Shown here: piece by piece, positions 49,311 to 61,520 of the stretch
Layout of the letters: every line of letters starts with the position of its first letter
How positions within the stretch are numbered: position 1 is the stretch's first letter
Source of the DNA: Takakia lepidozioides
Taxonomy: Eukaryota > Plantae > Bryophyta
Reading direction: 5' to 3'
Length of the DNA stretch: 64,000 bases
NCBI GenBank assembly: GCA_030704615.1
Contig: CM060731.1
Location: 26,660,001-26,724,000, forward strand
The notes under the pieces: generated by a model
What the model was told of the DNA's origin: nothing
Database searches by the model: none
Seen by the model: the letters and a program-made list of their open reading frames with translations, nothing else
Program-made: the position numbers and the translations under genes

Positions 49311-50533
49311 CGTAGGTTCATAGCAGATTAGGCACAAATTAAATTAAAAAAATAAGTGCAATAATCTGTGATTTTTCAAGATTTATCCCTAAAAGGTTGG
49401 AAAAACAATATGAAAGTGCCTAATTCAGTGAAATTGTCTAAGAAAATCCTTATTCTGTATAATTTTTATTGAAACAAAAAACAAATACCTCCATAAATGT
49501 TCAAAAAGTATAGGCCAACTCCCTAGGTCCATACAACCTCCAAAGGACCTTCCAATGAGTCTCGAACATCCTGCATACCGCAATGGGAAGGCTGATCCGG
49601 CACTAAATAATTAGAAATGAATCTGCCTAATAATTAAGTGAAAATTTAGGAAAAACTGCCACCTAAAATCTCAAACAAACTCCAAATATCAAATCTCCAA
49701 ATGCATGTTTCAAGGCATAACGCTCTAGGAAATCATGGCCAGATGATTGACCAGATGTTCTCACCCACATAATTTGTTTTTTTTTGTTTGTTTTGTTTTT
49801 GAAAAAAGGGAAACACCTGGGAGCGCCAGCTCACAAATTTGGCCCCTTAGCAATGAGAGGAGAAAATAACCTCTGTCATTTCTGCGCCGCCCAGGAACCA
49901 TACCACACCCGTCAGTAGCATGATTTGACCCCAGAATCATCTGAGTGGCAGTCAGTGCACTTAACCATCTAAGCTACTGACTGTTGGTACATAATGGTAC
50001 AGTAGATAGAGCAAGTTCATGCAGGGAGTCACCACCGAATTACTTAAAATCTCATCATGGGAGTGCCCTAAAATCTAGAAATTTCCTTAAGTTGTGCCAA
50101 AGTGTTTTGTCGTAAAGAAAATAAATATTCGGCACTTCGCTGCCGGATCAGCCTTCCCACCACGGTATGCTCATCGTTGAAGTCTTCATCCCCATTCAAG
50201 TCAGGTACATCTGGTGGTGAGTGTGTTTAAGCCAGGATTTAGCCTGCGGGCTAAAAGTTGCGCCTGACCTAAGCTTGGCTCCACATTTGCGCCCGCATTG
50301 TGTAGTGGGCTCTCGGACGCCATCTCCATTAGAAAAGACTTTTTTTAGGGTTTGTCTTGGGGAAGAAGAGGGATGGAAGGAGAAGTTCCAAGTGATGAAA
50401 GGCGCCTAATATCAAAAAATTATGGATGAAAAGTGTCTAATTTACATAAATCCTTTTTTAAAGTGCCTAAAAAGAATAGTCCAAATTTAATAATTATTAG
50501 GCACTGGGGTGCCTAATCTGCTATCAACCTACG
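49311..50533. mobile_element. Non-autonomous TIR DNA transposon (Tc1/mariner-like MITE) upstream of PPO
   Basis: 25-bp TIRs cgtaggtt(c/g)atagcagattaggcac with 24/25 identity. The left flank reads TA-C; the right flank is degenerate. Confidence 0.75.
49774..49988 (-). mobile_element. tRNA-derived SINE nested in the MITE
   Basis: tRNA-like head (gtcagta...ctga-CTGCCAC-tcag...tactgac), A-rich tail, and a perfect 7-bp TSD acataat (49767-49773 and 49989-49995). Confidence 0.8.
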
Positions 50534-51294
50534 ATGTACTATATCTTATGACATTTGTTTTCTAAATATGACTTCATACACTTTATTTTATTTGTTTATC
50601 AAATAAATGGCCTTGATGTTCAAATTAAATGGAGATCCAGGGAAAAAATAGCCTGGCCAGGGCCAGGCAGCTGGCAAAAACAAACCAAGGGATTCTGGAT
50701 TATCTGATATAGATGAGATATCTTCACAATTAATATCATTATTCTCAATATTTCTTCTATTACTTATTTGATTACATTCTTTAAGTATCCTGGTAACGGT
50801 AAGGATCTACCTTTAGTAGGATCTAGTCAGTAAACAGATTGTACAGATATTTATACACATATCATGACTGACACATATCTGTTGATAGTCTCACTGACAC
50901 CTGTCTATTGTTGATGCAAGAAACATTTCATATTTATGTAGTAGCTACCAGTGTTGTTCTGGTATCAGGTTTAGGACATACCAGGCTGGTCCTGGTACCA
51001 AGTTACTAAGTTAGACATATCACAAAACATTCATATCACTCGGGTCTATATGGTGGTGGACGTTTTTTTATTCCCAGCCTGGTCTGGTATGTGACCAAGT
51101 ATTCTCCCAAACAATACCAGACTACCGTAATACCACTGCATATACCAGTCCCTCACCTATTTAACCAGTCCAACGCTGGTGGCTACTATGTATGCATGTG
51201 TAATTTTTTTCAATATTTAATAATGTTTGAGCAACACAGTAAACTGATTTCTTATTTATTTCTAAGGAAAACCCCTAAGGAGGGATAGCTCACA

Positions 51295-51700
51295 ATTCAG
51301 GAAGTTCTTCCCTCCACTTTAGAGGTTCTTCCCTCTAAGTTAAATCGATTGCAACAATGCAGTGATTCAAATGCAGGGGGCCGCCCTTCCGCCGTCAACG
51401 CTGCTGGGTGCTGGTCCCACGATGGCTCTTTCGGTCCGGGGGGGTCCCGACTCCCACAGGAAGGACAAGCGCCAACGTGCACCTCGCTCTCTCGCAGGTG
51501 CGGTAACGGGGGGACGGGGGTTGGCTCCAAGTTGGAAAGTGTCCTCAAATTGAAGGTCGGTACTCGGTACAAGAAGTTGGAGGGTGTTGGGTGTAAGTCA
51601 AGTTATGGGATGTTGCAGTGTCGTGGGCGAGGCAGTGACCGGCAGTTTCCGCAGCACGAGAGATTGATGGAATCACAGGAGTCCCCATGGTAGCCCAGCA
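51295..51700 (-). mobile_element. Possible Gypsy pol C-terminal (integrase tail/chromodomain) remnant
   Basis: Degenerate ...LSFLW..G..EPSW...LEGRTSKVEGRT ending in a purine-rich tract; weak motif evidence only. Confidence 0.3.
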
Positions 51701-51932
51701 AGCAGTGCAGACTGAGGGGACGGGTCACGGACGACGCTGCCGCCACTTCGCCGTCATTTCTACTACACTAGTAACTAACTTACTGCATTCAATGCATACG
51801 GCACCGACCCGGCTGTAGCCAAGGCAGGGCGGAAGTGATGGAGGACGTACTGAAGTTTGGTTCATGTAAACGTGGAGTATTGGAGCCGAGTTTTGCAATA
51901 CGTGCCAACTGAGGAGTGAGCATGGGTTTGTA

Positions 51933-52329
51933 CTAGGTAGCGCACTGGAGCGCGGCCGCTACGGGCCGTAGCAGGAGCTGTGCGTGGCGAGACGCGGGAG
52001 CGTCGAGCTAGTCACAGCGACCTGCTACTGCCCGTAGCGGTCGCGCTCCAGTGCGCTACAGGACGTAATGTCACTGTCGCTAAGGATGGAGCAGGTCATA
52101 AAGTGACCTGCTGAGTAGGTCTTTCAGCCCTGTCACATCATAAAGGACACAAGAAGGACACAAAATACGAGATGAAAAGAAGGACACATGCTACAGGCAA
52201 TAGCTGGCCTCCTCGTACGCAATCAAAACCTGCCACGTCAGCATGATGCGTACGGCACTGCTACAACATGATGTGTACGAGGAGGCCTGCTACTGCCCAT
52301 AGCGGTCGCGCTCGCGCTCCGCTACCTAG
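51933..52329. mobile_element. GC-rich palindromic MITE
   Basis: TA-flanked TIRs ctaggtagcg / cgctacctag, plus an internal long hairpin (~51937-52060) built from the same terminal motif. Confidence 0.65.
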
Positions 52330-54695
52330 TAGAATAAATTCCCGCAACAAGAGAAGGTCCAGAGCTAGTTTAGCGTAGAGCAGGAATAGGGTGCCATAGT
52401 TCCACGTCATCATCACCACGTCATCGTAGACACGTCGTCATGCCACGTCATCATCGTCATCCTGCCCAAAATGCCCGAAAATAACCGGAAGAGGTGTACG
52501 ATGTGCTCAGCGCGGAGGGGGTTTCACACACGGATCTCACAAGGAGATCCTACATGGTGGATGCTGCACAACCTTTTTTCATTATTTCAAAATGGGGACT
52601 GGCTGCAGTATGAGGCATAAGAATGCAGGAGGTTTGAAGAACATTTTTAATGTCTCAGGTGTACTTCAGCTGGCAACTACATCCCATAGAAGCATTTTCT
52701 ATGGCATCTTTTATGGAGGGGGCATTCACCCCCGCTTTGAGATGACCCAGGCTGGTTTCTCGCAAATGAGCATCGAATTGGAGGGCGAATCTCTAGAAAC
52801 ATAGAAGGAGTACACGCAGAGAGGTCAAAAAATTGACTAAGGATTGCAACGTTATGGTGCAACTACAGTATCCTCGCCGGAAATCTCTAACTTTTCTTCC
52901 TTATCTGGTGTTTCATTTTCGCTGTTCTCGGTATCTTAATTCAGCCCTGGGACTGCAGCCACAAGGTTGACATTTGCAAATCATAGGAGCTGTCGACAAG
53001 AGCCTGCATGAGCACCAAGGGTCCATCACACCCAACAGGGATGGGTTAAGGGTTACATCTCCCACATAAAGAATGAGCAATGGCAAGCAATGGGCATTTG
53101 GAATGTGCTCGAGCTTTGCTGCTCAGTTTTACACACCTGTCATGACAAACAAAAAACTGCTGACTTTTCAGCTTGCCATGCTTTCACTTTCTTTATTCTA
53201 GCATTTAGGAAGGGTCGAAGTAGTACAGTACATCTGTCGCTGATTGATTGAATTTGGCAGTATGAGGGGTGATGGATATACGAACTTTGCTACAAAGGTC
53301 ATCTGCGCCAATTCCACCTGCATGAAAAGAAGGTAAGGTTGTCTCACTTCTCCATAAAGATCTTCATGTAGTCTGTTGTTCAATGTAAGAAGTTTTCTTG
53401 CGGTAATTTTATGCAAGGATTGTGTCGGTTGGCAAATCACTGGGTCACCCATGTGAAAAGTTGGTTCATTTTTTTCCCCTTAAGGGTGGTGATTTTGAGT
53501 ACATACGAGGTACTTGTTGAGTAATACCAATTAGGATGATTTCCCAGCTGTTGCTGACCCCCTTCGAAATACTTTAAAATCCCTATAGGCTGCAGCTGAG
53601 TTCTATCAAGCTAAATACTTTTCATCTACCACTGATATTTCCTTTTGTCTCAGCTGAAGAGGTTTTTCCATTTCACCATTGATACACCCTATAGCATGTT
53701 GTTGCCATCTGCTCATTAGACAATGTCAACCACCAGTAATGGGTCTGTGGTATTCTCTTCACCTTTGTCAATGCACTGCACGAATAACATATACCAAATA
53801 AACACTAGAATTTCTAGGCAAACTACCAACAACCTCTCACATTCTTAATACCAATTTGGAAGGAATTCTCACCTGAATCTGAAATTCAACTGAACTTCCT
53901 TTTGCAAAGGCATTCTTAGGTGAGTTTATGGGCCGGCTGCCAGGTCAGTTAGTCAGTTGGGCGTCGTTGGGGACCTCCCAGGCACAACATTTGGGGCCAG
54001 CTTTGAGGCAAGCCTCTCTTTGAGAGCAACCTAGTTTCTCCACTTGATGTGTTGTCAATCTCAACCAACCCAAGAGGGTTCAAAATACAAGCTTGTTCAA
54101 ATGAGATTCAAATTTAGGGCTAGCTTGCTAACTGGTCGCAGTTCATCCTCTCATATGATATTATTGGAGCACCTCTAACAGGGGTTTATCCAAAACCTAT
54201 CGACGTGGCCTTCTACCTTGCTCATAAACAAAAACTTGGCACTAGCTCGCATCCTAAAGAAGAGTAAGATGACTGTATCACATGTTTTGCATCTACGACA
54301 GGTTTACTATACAGCTCCAAGTTATATGCTGGCCAGCGCACATCTTGAACTTGACTTGGGAAGTACTTTAGTGCAGTGGATAAATTATTAACTTCATTCC
54401 GGGCATCTCTCCAATATCGACTGCCTGAATAAGTCCAAGTCCAAGTTGTGAGCAGTCGCTCCCAGGTTTCTTTTTAAAAATAAAAAATAAATAAAAATAA
54501 ATCCAAGTCCTTGAAAAGTTTCATAACCATTGGAGGCCTTGGTAACCTTGAACATTGGCTTTCTTTGCTTATATTCTAATATCTTGTGTCCCCTGGATAT
54601 TTGGAATGTCATGCCTGATTTAATTTGAAGTTAACAATATTGGTCCAATGTCGATCTTTGAAAGAGATAAAAGATAAAAGATAAAGTTTCTTTAA

Positions 54696-57600
54696 CCCCT
54701 AATGGACGAGGCGACCTGAATCAGGTCGCCGGAAAATTTCGATTGGATGAAAATCATCGAGATGAATTCGGATGAATTTGAGCCCTAAATGAAAAATGTA
54801 GGAAATTAAATTCTACGCCCCCATGTGTTGATGGCACCCCAAAAATCCTAAAGGACAGCCGGCAGGATTTTTTGGAAAGCGTGGGGGTACCCAAAAATCA
54901 GTGGTTTGGGGCCCTCCAGCAGGGTTGACCTGCCACGTGGCTGGCTGGATGGGGTGGGGTTCATGCGTTTGGCGGCGAGGAGTGCCACCGGGGGCTGCAT
55001 GTCCGCCCGTGCGGACAGCCCACTCCCCCCGGCACGCGCGCGGGGGTGGCGGGAGGTGGGGAGGATGGGCACTTCGCGTCCTTCGTTCTCTCTCGTTTGT
55101 GCATGTCGAGGGCTCGCAGCTTATTGTGTGCAGATCTTCCTCTTACGCTCCTTCTTCTTTCCTGTGTCGATCCTATTTAGCCCTGCATGCGCTTGATTGT
55201 TTTCTTTGTGCGCTTATTTGGGCTCTTTGCGATGTGGGTGTGTGCGGGCCGCTGTTCCGTTTTGCGCCGCGGAACTTTTGTTTGTCTTTAGAGCTGGCCG
55301 CTGCGTTTACATCTGCTGCTCCACCTACATTTACGAGGTGCGAGAAGGGTTGCGCATCCACGAATTCAGTGCGCAGCCGTCTGTTCGCCTTAGGTACAAG
55401 CTCGCCCCTTTTCCTCCTTTGTGCTTTTCTCTTTACACCTCTTGCTTATGCTTCATTCAGCTAGTGCTAGGGTTCTGCATGCCAACTGATTAGATCCTAC
55501 AGCCATGCTGTCAGGGATGGTAGTGCTTGGGTTTTGTGTTTCTTGATGTGGGCATTAGATTTGGGGATTTGTTTTTTTGTTCTGTACGTAGGCTTGTAGT
55601 GATTGGGGTGAGCTGTCTGGGTGGTAGGGAATCAATGGTGCCTAAGCGCAAGGCCCTTGCTGCACCTGAGCCACCACCTCCTCCACCCGAGCATGCAGCC
55701 GCAGCCCAGGTTATAAGAGGATGGGCGATGCAAGAACAGCATTGCATTGAGGAGTAGTGCAAAGTAATCTTGGGCTGCCTTTCTCCTGACTTCCTGTTAA
55801 GCTTGCTCCCCCGCCATGTGCCAATCGTTGGCCTCGCCACCCTCGCCCTCACAACTTCCGTTTCCTATTTAGACGTCAAGTTGCTCTTGTTCTAGGTTGG
55901 AGAGAGAGAAGAGAGGAGGGTGACAAGGACGGTTATAGTGAGGTTGTGAATTCTGTGTTGAGAGAAGATGTCTGGCCCGATGCCAACAGTCAGTCGTCTG
56001 AAGGTTTTGGCTCGTGCAAAGAGGTCTCTTCCTGCAAGTGTGACAGCACCTCCCAAGGGTGTCGTCAGGAAAAAAACTTGTCATGGAGTGAATTTTGGGA
56101 TTGGGGGAGAGGCTGGTGGTCTGCCGGTGAATGTGGGGCGTGTTGGTGGGTCTCTGAGTCCGGGGAGGATGGTGGCCATGGGTCGGGTGGCTTTGGGGGA
56201 GTTGCATCCCAATAGTGGGGGTGCTGGGGGTACTGTGAATTTTGGGGAGGGTCTTCTAATGGGAGTTTTGGGCATGATGAGGCCTTGTCGGACATGGACG
56301 AGGATTTTGAGGGTGACGATGGCTACATAGAGGACTCTGCCGATGAATGCGATTGGGAGAATGATGGGGTTGACATGGAGTGCGATGAGGAGCCAACCGC
56401 CGATTTTGTCAAGATGTTCAAGCCTGCGACTTGGGAGTCCAATGTTGGCTCTGAGTTTGCAACTGATAGAGGTGCTTTTACTGGCCCTGTACCTGGTCCC
56501 TGCCTGCCAGATATGAAGGGCTCACATCCTGTTTGGTTCTTTCGTTTGTTTTTGGAGACAACATGTGCTTGCACGGATATGTAGGGAGTCCAATCGTTAT
56601 GCATGTGAGGCTTTGGGTGCGGGCACTCGTGGGGGGCTTAAGTGGAAAGAGCTCACTGTTCGTGAGTTGAGGGCTTGGATTGGCATTTGTATCTTCATGG
56701 GCATGAAGAAGTTGCCCCAAACTCGCTTGTACTGGCAACACTCTGAGCAATTCTTCTCTTGTCCTGTCATCCGCAAAGTGATGACGAGAGATAGGTACGA
56801 GGCCATCCTCCGCTGTTTGCATCTTGTTGACAACGCCACTTTGGTGGCGGATCGGAAGAGTAGCAATTACGACAAGCTTGGAAAACTAAGGTGGGTGTGT
56901 GATGAGATTGTTGATAGGTGTAAAAGCCTCTGGAATCTGAACAAAATGGTGACCGTTGATGAGGTCATGATTCGTTACAAGGGGAGGTACTGTCCAATTA
57001 GGATGTATATATGCTAAGAAAAACCATGCAAGTGGGGCATAAAGGTGGGGCCAATGCTGACTCGGAGACTTCATATGTCTACAATTTCTGTTTTTACTTT
57101 GGTAAGAATGCAGGAGGGTCAGATGGCCAGAGGCAGAAAAGTGGGAAGGGAGAAGGTTACGATGTTGTTTGCCGGCTGACTGAAGGGCTGCATGGTTTGG
57201 GCCATGTCATTGTCACTGACAATTACTTTACCTCTGTCCAGCTTCTGTATGACTTGGCGAAGCTTGGCACTTGGGCCACTGACACAATCAGATTGAACCA
57301 AAAGTGTCTCCCTCCCTCTTTGCTGAAAATGAAGAAATCAAAGACTACCAAGCAAGGGCAGTCATGGTACAGGATGCATGATTCAAGGGAGGTGGCTGTT
57401 GTGTTATGGTGGGACAAGCAGGGGGGTTTTTTACTTTCATCTGCAGCCAGGCCAGCATGCAGCCTGTCCTCTCCTGTGACTGTACGTCGTTTTGTGGAAA
57501 ACCAAAGAGTACCCGTGCCATCCGTACCTGCTCATGTGCAATACCAAACGTATATGCGAGGAGTAGATGTGCAGGACCAGCTGAGGGGTGCGTATAGCTT

Positions 57601-59374
57601 GCAGCTGCGCACAAAGAAGTGGTGGCATCGTGGGGGTTTTTTTTTTTTTTTCTGGATACCACGGTGGTGAATGCGTATATATTGCATTCTGCAATGGAGA
57701 GAAGGATGGGGCGTCGGGTCATGACACATCTCGAATTCAATCTGGCTTTGGCATACGGATTGACAGCAGGCTGCTACACTGACATCATGGATACCACTGG
57801 GGATGTGGAATGCACGTTTGTGCATCAGTGCCTTCACACGACAAGACGACGATTGTGTATTGTGTGTCACGTTCGTACTCACTATTACTGCCCTGGCTGT
57901 GATGGCAGCCACTTGTGCCTTGGGCTGTGTTGGAATGAGGCACACCTACATGTCACGAGGTGACTGCAGCTAGACCTTTCAGTGATTACTTCTTCCTTGT
58001 GTGTGTGCATTGGTTGCGGATGGGGGTTCTGCTGTGTGGATTGCATTGCAGGTTGCTGGCGTTGGCTATGGATGGCGTGTGTGTGTGGGGCGTGGGGGGT
58101 GTGTTACTCGCTGATCTGTGGTGGCTGTAGGGTACTGGGGTGTGTTGTGTTGGTGTTGGTGAGGGCGCTGGGGGTCATGGGGGTGTGGCTGTTGGTTCAT
58201 GGCTTCTAGGGTCATGGGGGTGTGCTGCTGTTGGTTCATGGGCAATGCTCGTCATGTGGGGGTGTGTTGCTGATGGTTCACAGGCTGTGGGGGTCATGTT
58301 GATCTGCTGCTGCTGGTTGAGGGGCTGTGGAGGCGATGGGTGTCTGGGTGTATTGGCGTAGGAGCGTTGTGTTTGGGTGGTTTCACACTTTTGGGGAAGG
58401 GGACCGGGGGGGGGGGGGGGGCTGTCTGCACAATGGGCAGATCAGGGGGTTCAACCCCCCCCCCCAGTTCTAGGATCATGATATTCCTGGGGAGCTTGTA
58501 TTGCTGCATTGGGGTTAAAGCAGGTGCTCGCGGGGACCTTGTATCGCTGCATTGGGGGTAATGTAGGAGCTCGTGGGGACCTTGTATCGTTGCACTGGGG
58601 TAAAGCAGGTAGTTGGTAGTTGGTAGTTAGTTTTCAGATGCTTGTCGGGTGAAACGCTGAAACATTGGGTGGCCCCAGGCCCTTCTTAGGGTTTCGCATT
58701 TGGGGTCCCCCGACATTTTGTCGCAAATCGGTGACGTAGCCCATTTTTTGTAGCCGGAAATGTCTACCGGCTCAGGCAATATTTGGCCTGAGCTGGGATT
58801 GAAGTAGAAATTCACAGAAACAGAAATCAGTGCTTCAATTTTTGCTGAAATTCTGAAATTCTTTTTGGAGGTGGTACTTTATCATTCAAGGGAGACTTTC
58901 ACCACAACAATTGTGATTCCAAGGAAATTTGGCCCCCCTCAGCCTGAATTACATGTCATTTGAGCTTCATGGTGTGTTTTGACCCCCCTGTTTTCCCTTA
59001 CAAAGCAACCTTGCGAAAATTTGGGAATTTTGCTTTGGAATTTTGCCACGACATGCTTTAGGTACCACATAATGGGAATCTGGATGGGGTCTTGTGAGGA
59101 AATTTTTTTTGTCGATCCACTTTCCTGGACAAACCATTTTTCCATTGCAAATTTGGAGTGTACCCCAAATTTAGGGCTTGCAAATTTCTTATAATCTTCC
59201 AAAATACACGGTGAAATGAGGTGAAATTTTCACAGAAGCTGGATGAAGTAGGTAGCCTCCAATTCATACATTTCATCCCAGTGGATATTAGTTTCGTGAG
59301 AGATATACCCTCATCCGTGAGGGTATGTCCTGTTTTGGAGGGGGCCCACCAAAAACTGCCTCGTCCATTAGGGG
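54696..59374 (+). mobile_element. Full-length piggyBac transposon
   Basis: Perfect 17-bp TIRs CCCCTAATGGACGAGGC (54696-54712 and 59358-59374), TTAA on the left and TTAC on the right, enclosing a piggyBac transposase. Confidence 0.93.
55968..57963 (+). pseudogene. piggyBac transposase (DDE_Tnp_1_7-type, DDD triad, C-terminal Cys-rich domain), frameshifted as assembled
   Basis: MTRDRYEAILRCLHLVDN, TVDEVMIRYKGR (D at 56958), VTDNYFTS (D at 57218), YMRGVDVQDQLR (D at 57566), KKWWHR, CIVC...YYCPGC...LCLGLCWNEAH. Frameshifts near 56280, 56560, 57010-57050 and 57640. Confidence 0.9.
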
Positions 59375-60273
59375 TTACCGTCCAGTGGATTTACTGAGCC
59401 TACTGCTCAACACACGTTTGAGAGAGAGTTGTTGCTTTTATCCTTTTGGTGGGAACTGAAAGGTTTTGTAAGCAACTGAGATCGGATGCATACAATGGAG
59501 CGGGCACCTTCTTGTTTCCAATGAGGACGTCAGAGCGTCAGAGCAAGAGCTATTTCCTGCTGAGTTATCGTCAGTGCCAGCGCTAGCGATTTCCAAAACC
59601 CATATTGTTTCTAGTTAGCTCGCTCCACCGACATCCTATGCACCCGAGAGTGATGCACCTCTAGGCTCCAGCATGCCCTTCATTATGACAGGTGGGTCCG
59701 CCCGTCAATCCTACCCTACTTGTCACTGCCCAAGCAGATTGCACAACAATCCAAGTCTGGACAGGACCCCATTACAAGGGGCCGCCCCTCAATCTTATCC
59801 CCTACTTGCGACTTCCCAATTGCTCCAACGTGATTAATGTGAGATGGCACAGCAATCCAAATCTGAACTGGACCTCCTTTCATGGTGTTTGAATAAAATG
59901 TTGAGCAGTTATTTAACTTAATTCTCTCTATCACCCATCTGGTTATACCATATATATATGACCGTCGGAGCACGTAGTCACGTGTGTTGCATGTGGCTCA
60001 ATACCCGGGCCTCATTCAAGCCTGACGTGTAGCGTGAGGCCCCACGACAAACAACAAGGATTTCGGATTTTGATGGCTATTTGCTTGATAGGTGGCTCAT
60101 CACAAGAACAGATGGATGGCCTTAATCAATGCACCATAGCATTGGCTATGCCGGATGCCCGGCCTGCTCCCTGTGCCTTCCCCCAAGAGCCGGATGCCCT
60201 CTGATTATTCCATATATATTCTCACTTTTAACCCAAAACTCAAAGAGCTGTCATTTGGTGGATGAGGGTGTAT

Positions 60274-61520
60274 TAGGGAATTCCAAAAAGGCCTTGATGT
60301 GAAATGCATCGCAATTCACTTGATCACCCCCTAAAAGTGCGCAATTCAATTGAACTAACCCTAATTTGCAATTCAATTGACACACGATTTGAATGCGAAT
60401 TGGAATTGCTGACTACAATTCAATTGAATTGTCGGCACACGATTCAATTGAATTGCGAATTGGCAATTCAATTGAATTGTTGACTACAATTCAATTGAAT
60501 TGTAATCTATAATTTTTAACTTATTTATGTATATCATATATATGTATATTTAATTATACATATATACATACACATGTATAAACTAAAAATACATGTTGCC
60601 TGTCTATTCTTGCTATCCGTCTGTCAATCCTTTGCCCGTGGTAAGGCTTGAGCCCAAGATAAGCCTAAGGGAGAGCGAGAGAGGGAGAGAGAGAGAGGGG
60701 AAGTCACGAAGCGCTTGTAAAAGCGGGATTGTCTCTCTTTGTGGATGTTGGTGCCAATATATGGCTATGTACATATACCAAACATGATACCAATGTAAGA
60801 GTATCAACGTGTAAGAGTTTGATATATTAAACTATATAGAACACACATCCCAACTTGAACATGATACCTTTGTAAGGGTATCCAATTTTTTGATAATTCT
60901 CAAGATGAACATACTTTTTTTTTCTTTGTCCTGGGCCAGATACTAGTGTTAGGGGACTACATGGTGATGCAGGGGAAGCCTTTCATCAATTGTCAGGTTT
61001 GATTTTGTTTGTTTTTTTCGGAGCTAGCCATGTTTCTTTTGCCAGTGAATCACAGGAAGCTGCTGATCTGTCTCCGTCTTTGGCTCTCCCTTTCTCGCTG
61101 AGGCTGAGGGTGGTTTCACAACTCCACAATTTCCTCAAGGGCACAAGAAAGAGGGCCATCAAGAATAGACGGGCAACATGTATTTTTAGCTTATACTCTT
61201 ATATGTGTATAAATATAATTTGAATATATACATGTACATATATATTATATATTATATATTATATACAAAAATAAGTTAAAAATTATAGATTACAATTCAA
61301 TTCAATTGTAGTCAGCAATTCAATTGAATTGCGAGTTGACAATTCAATTGAATTGCCAATTCGCAATTCAATTGAATTGTGTGCCGACAATTCAATTGAA
61401 TTGCAAATTAGGGTTAGTTCAATTGAATTGCCCTTGCAATTCATTTGAATTGCGCACTTTTAGGGGGTGATCAAGTGAATTGCGATGCATTTCACATCAA
61501 GGCCTTTTTGGAATTCCCTA
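60274..61520. mobile_element. Foldback-type non-autonomous element with ~300-bp internally repetitive TIRs
   Basis: TAGGGAATTCCAAAAAGGCC...GGCCTTTTTGGAATTCCCTA termini, repeated 16-bp palindrome caattcaattgaattg, and a 7-bp TSD ggtgtat (60267-60273 and 61521-61527). Confidence 0.88.

Noticed and set aside
49910-49985. Functional tRNA-Gly gene
   Set aside because: Degenerate T-arm/B box plus body, A-rich tail and TSD indicate a SINE.
52600-54600. Possible decayed coding sequence on the minus strand
   Set aside because: Short open stretches with no recognisable motif; cannot be assigned.
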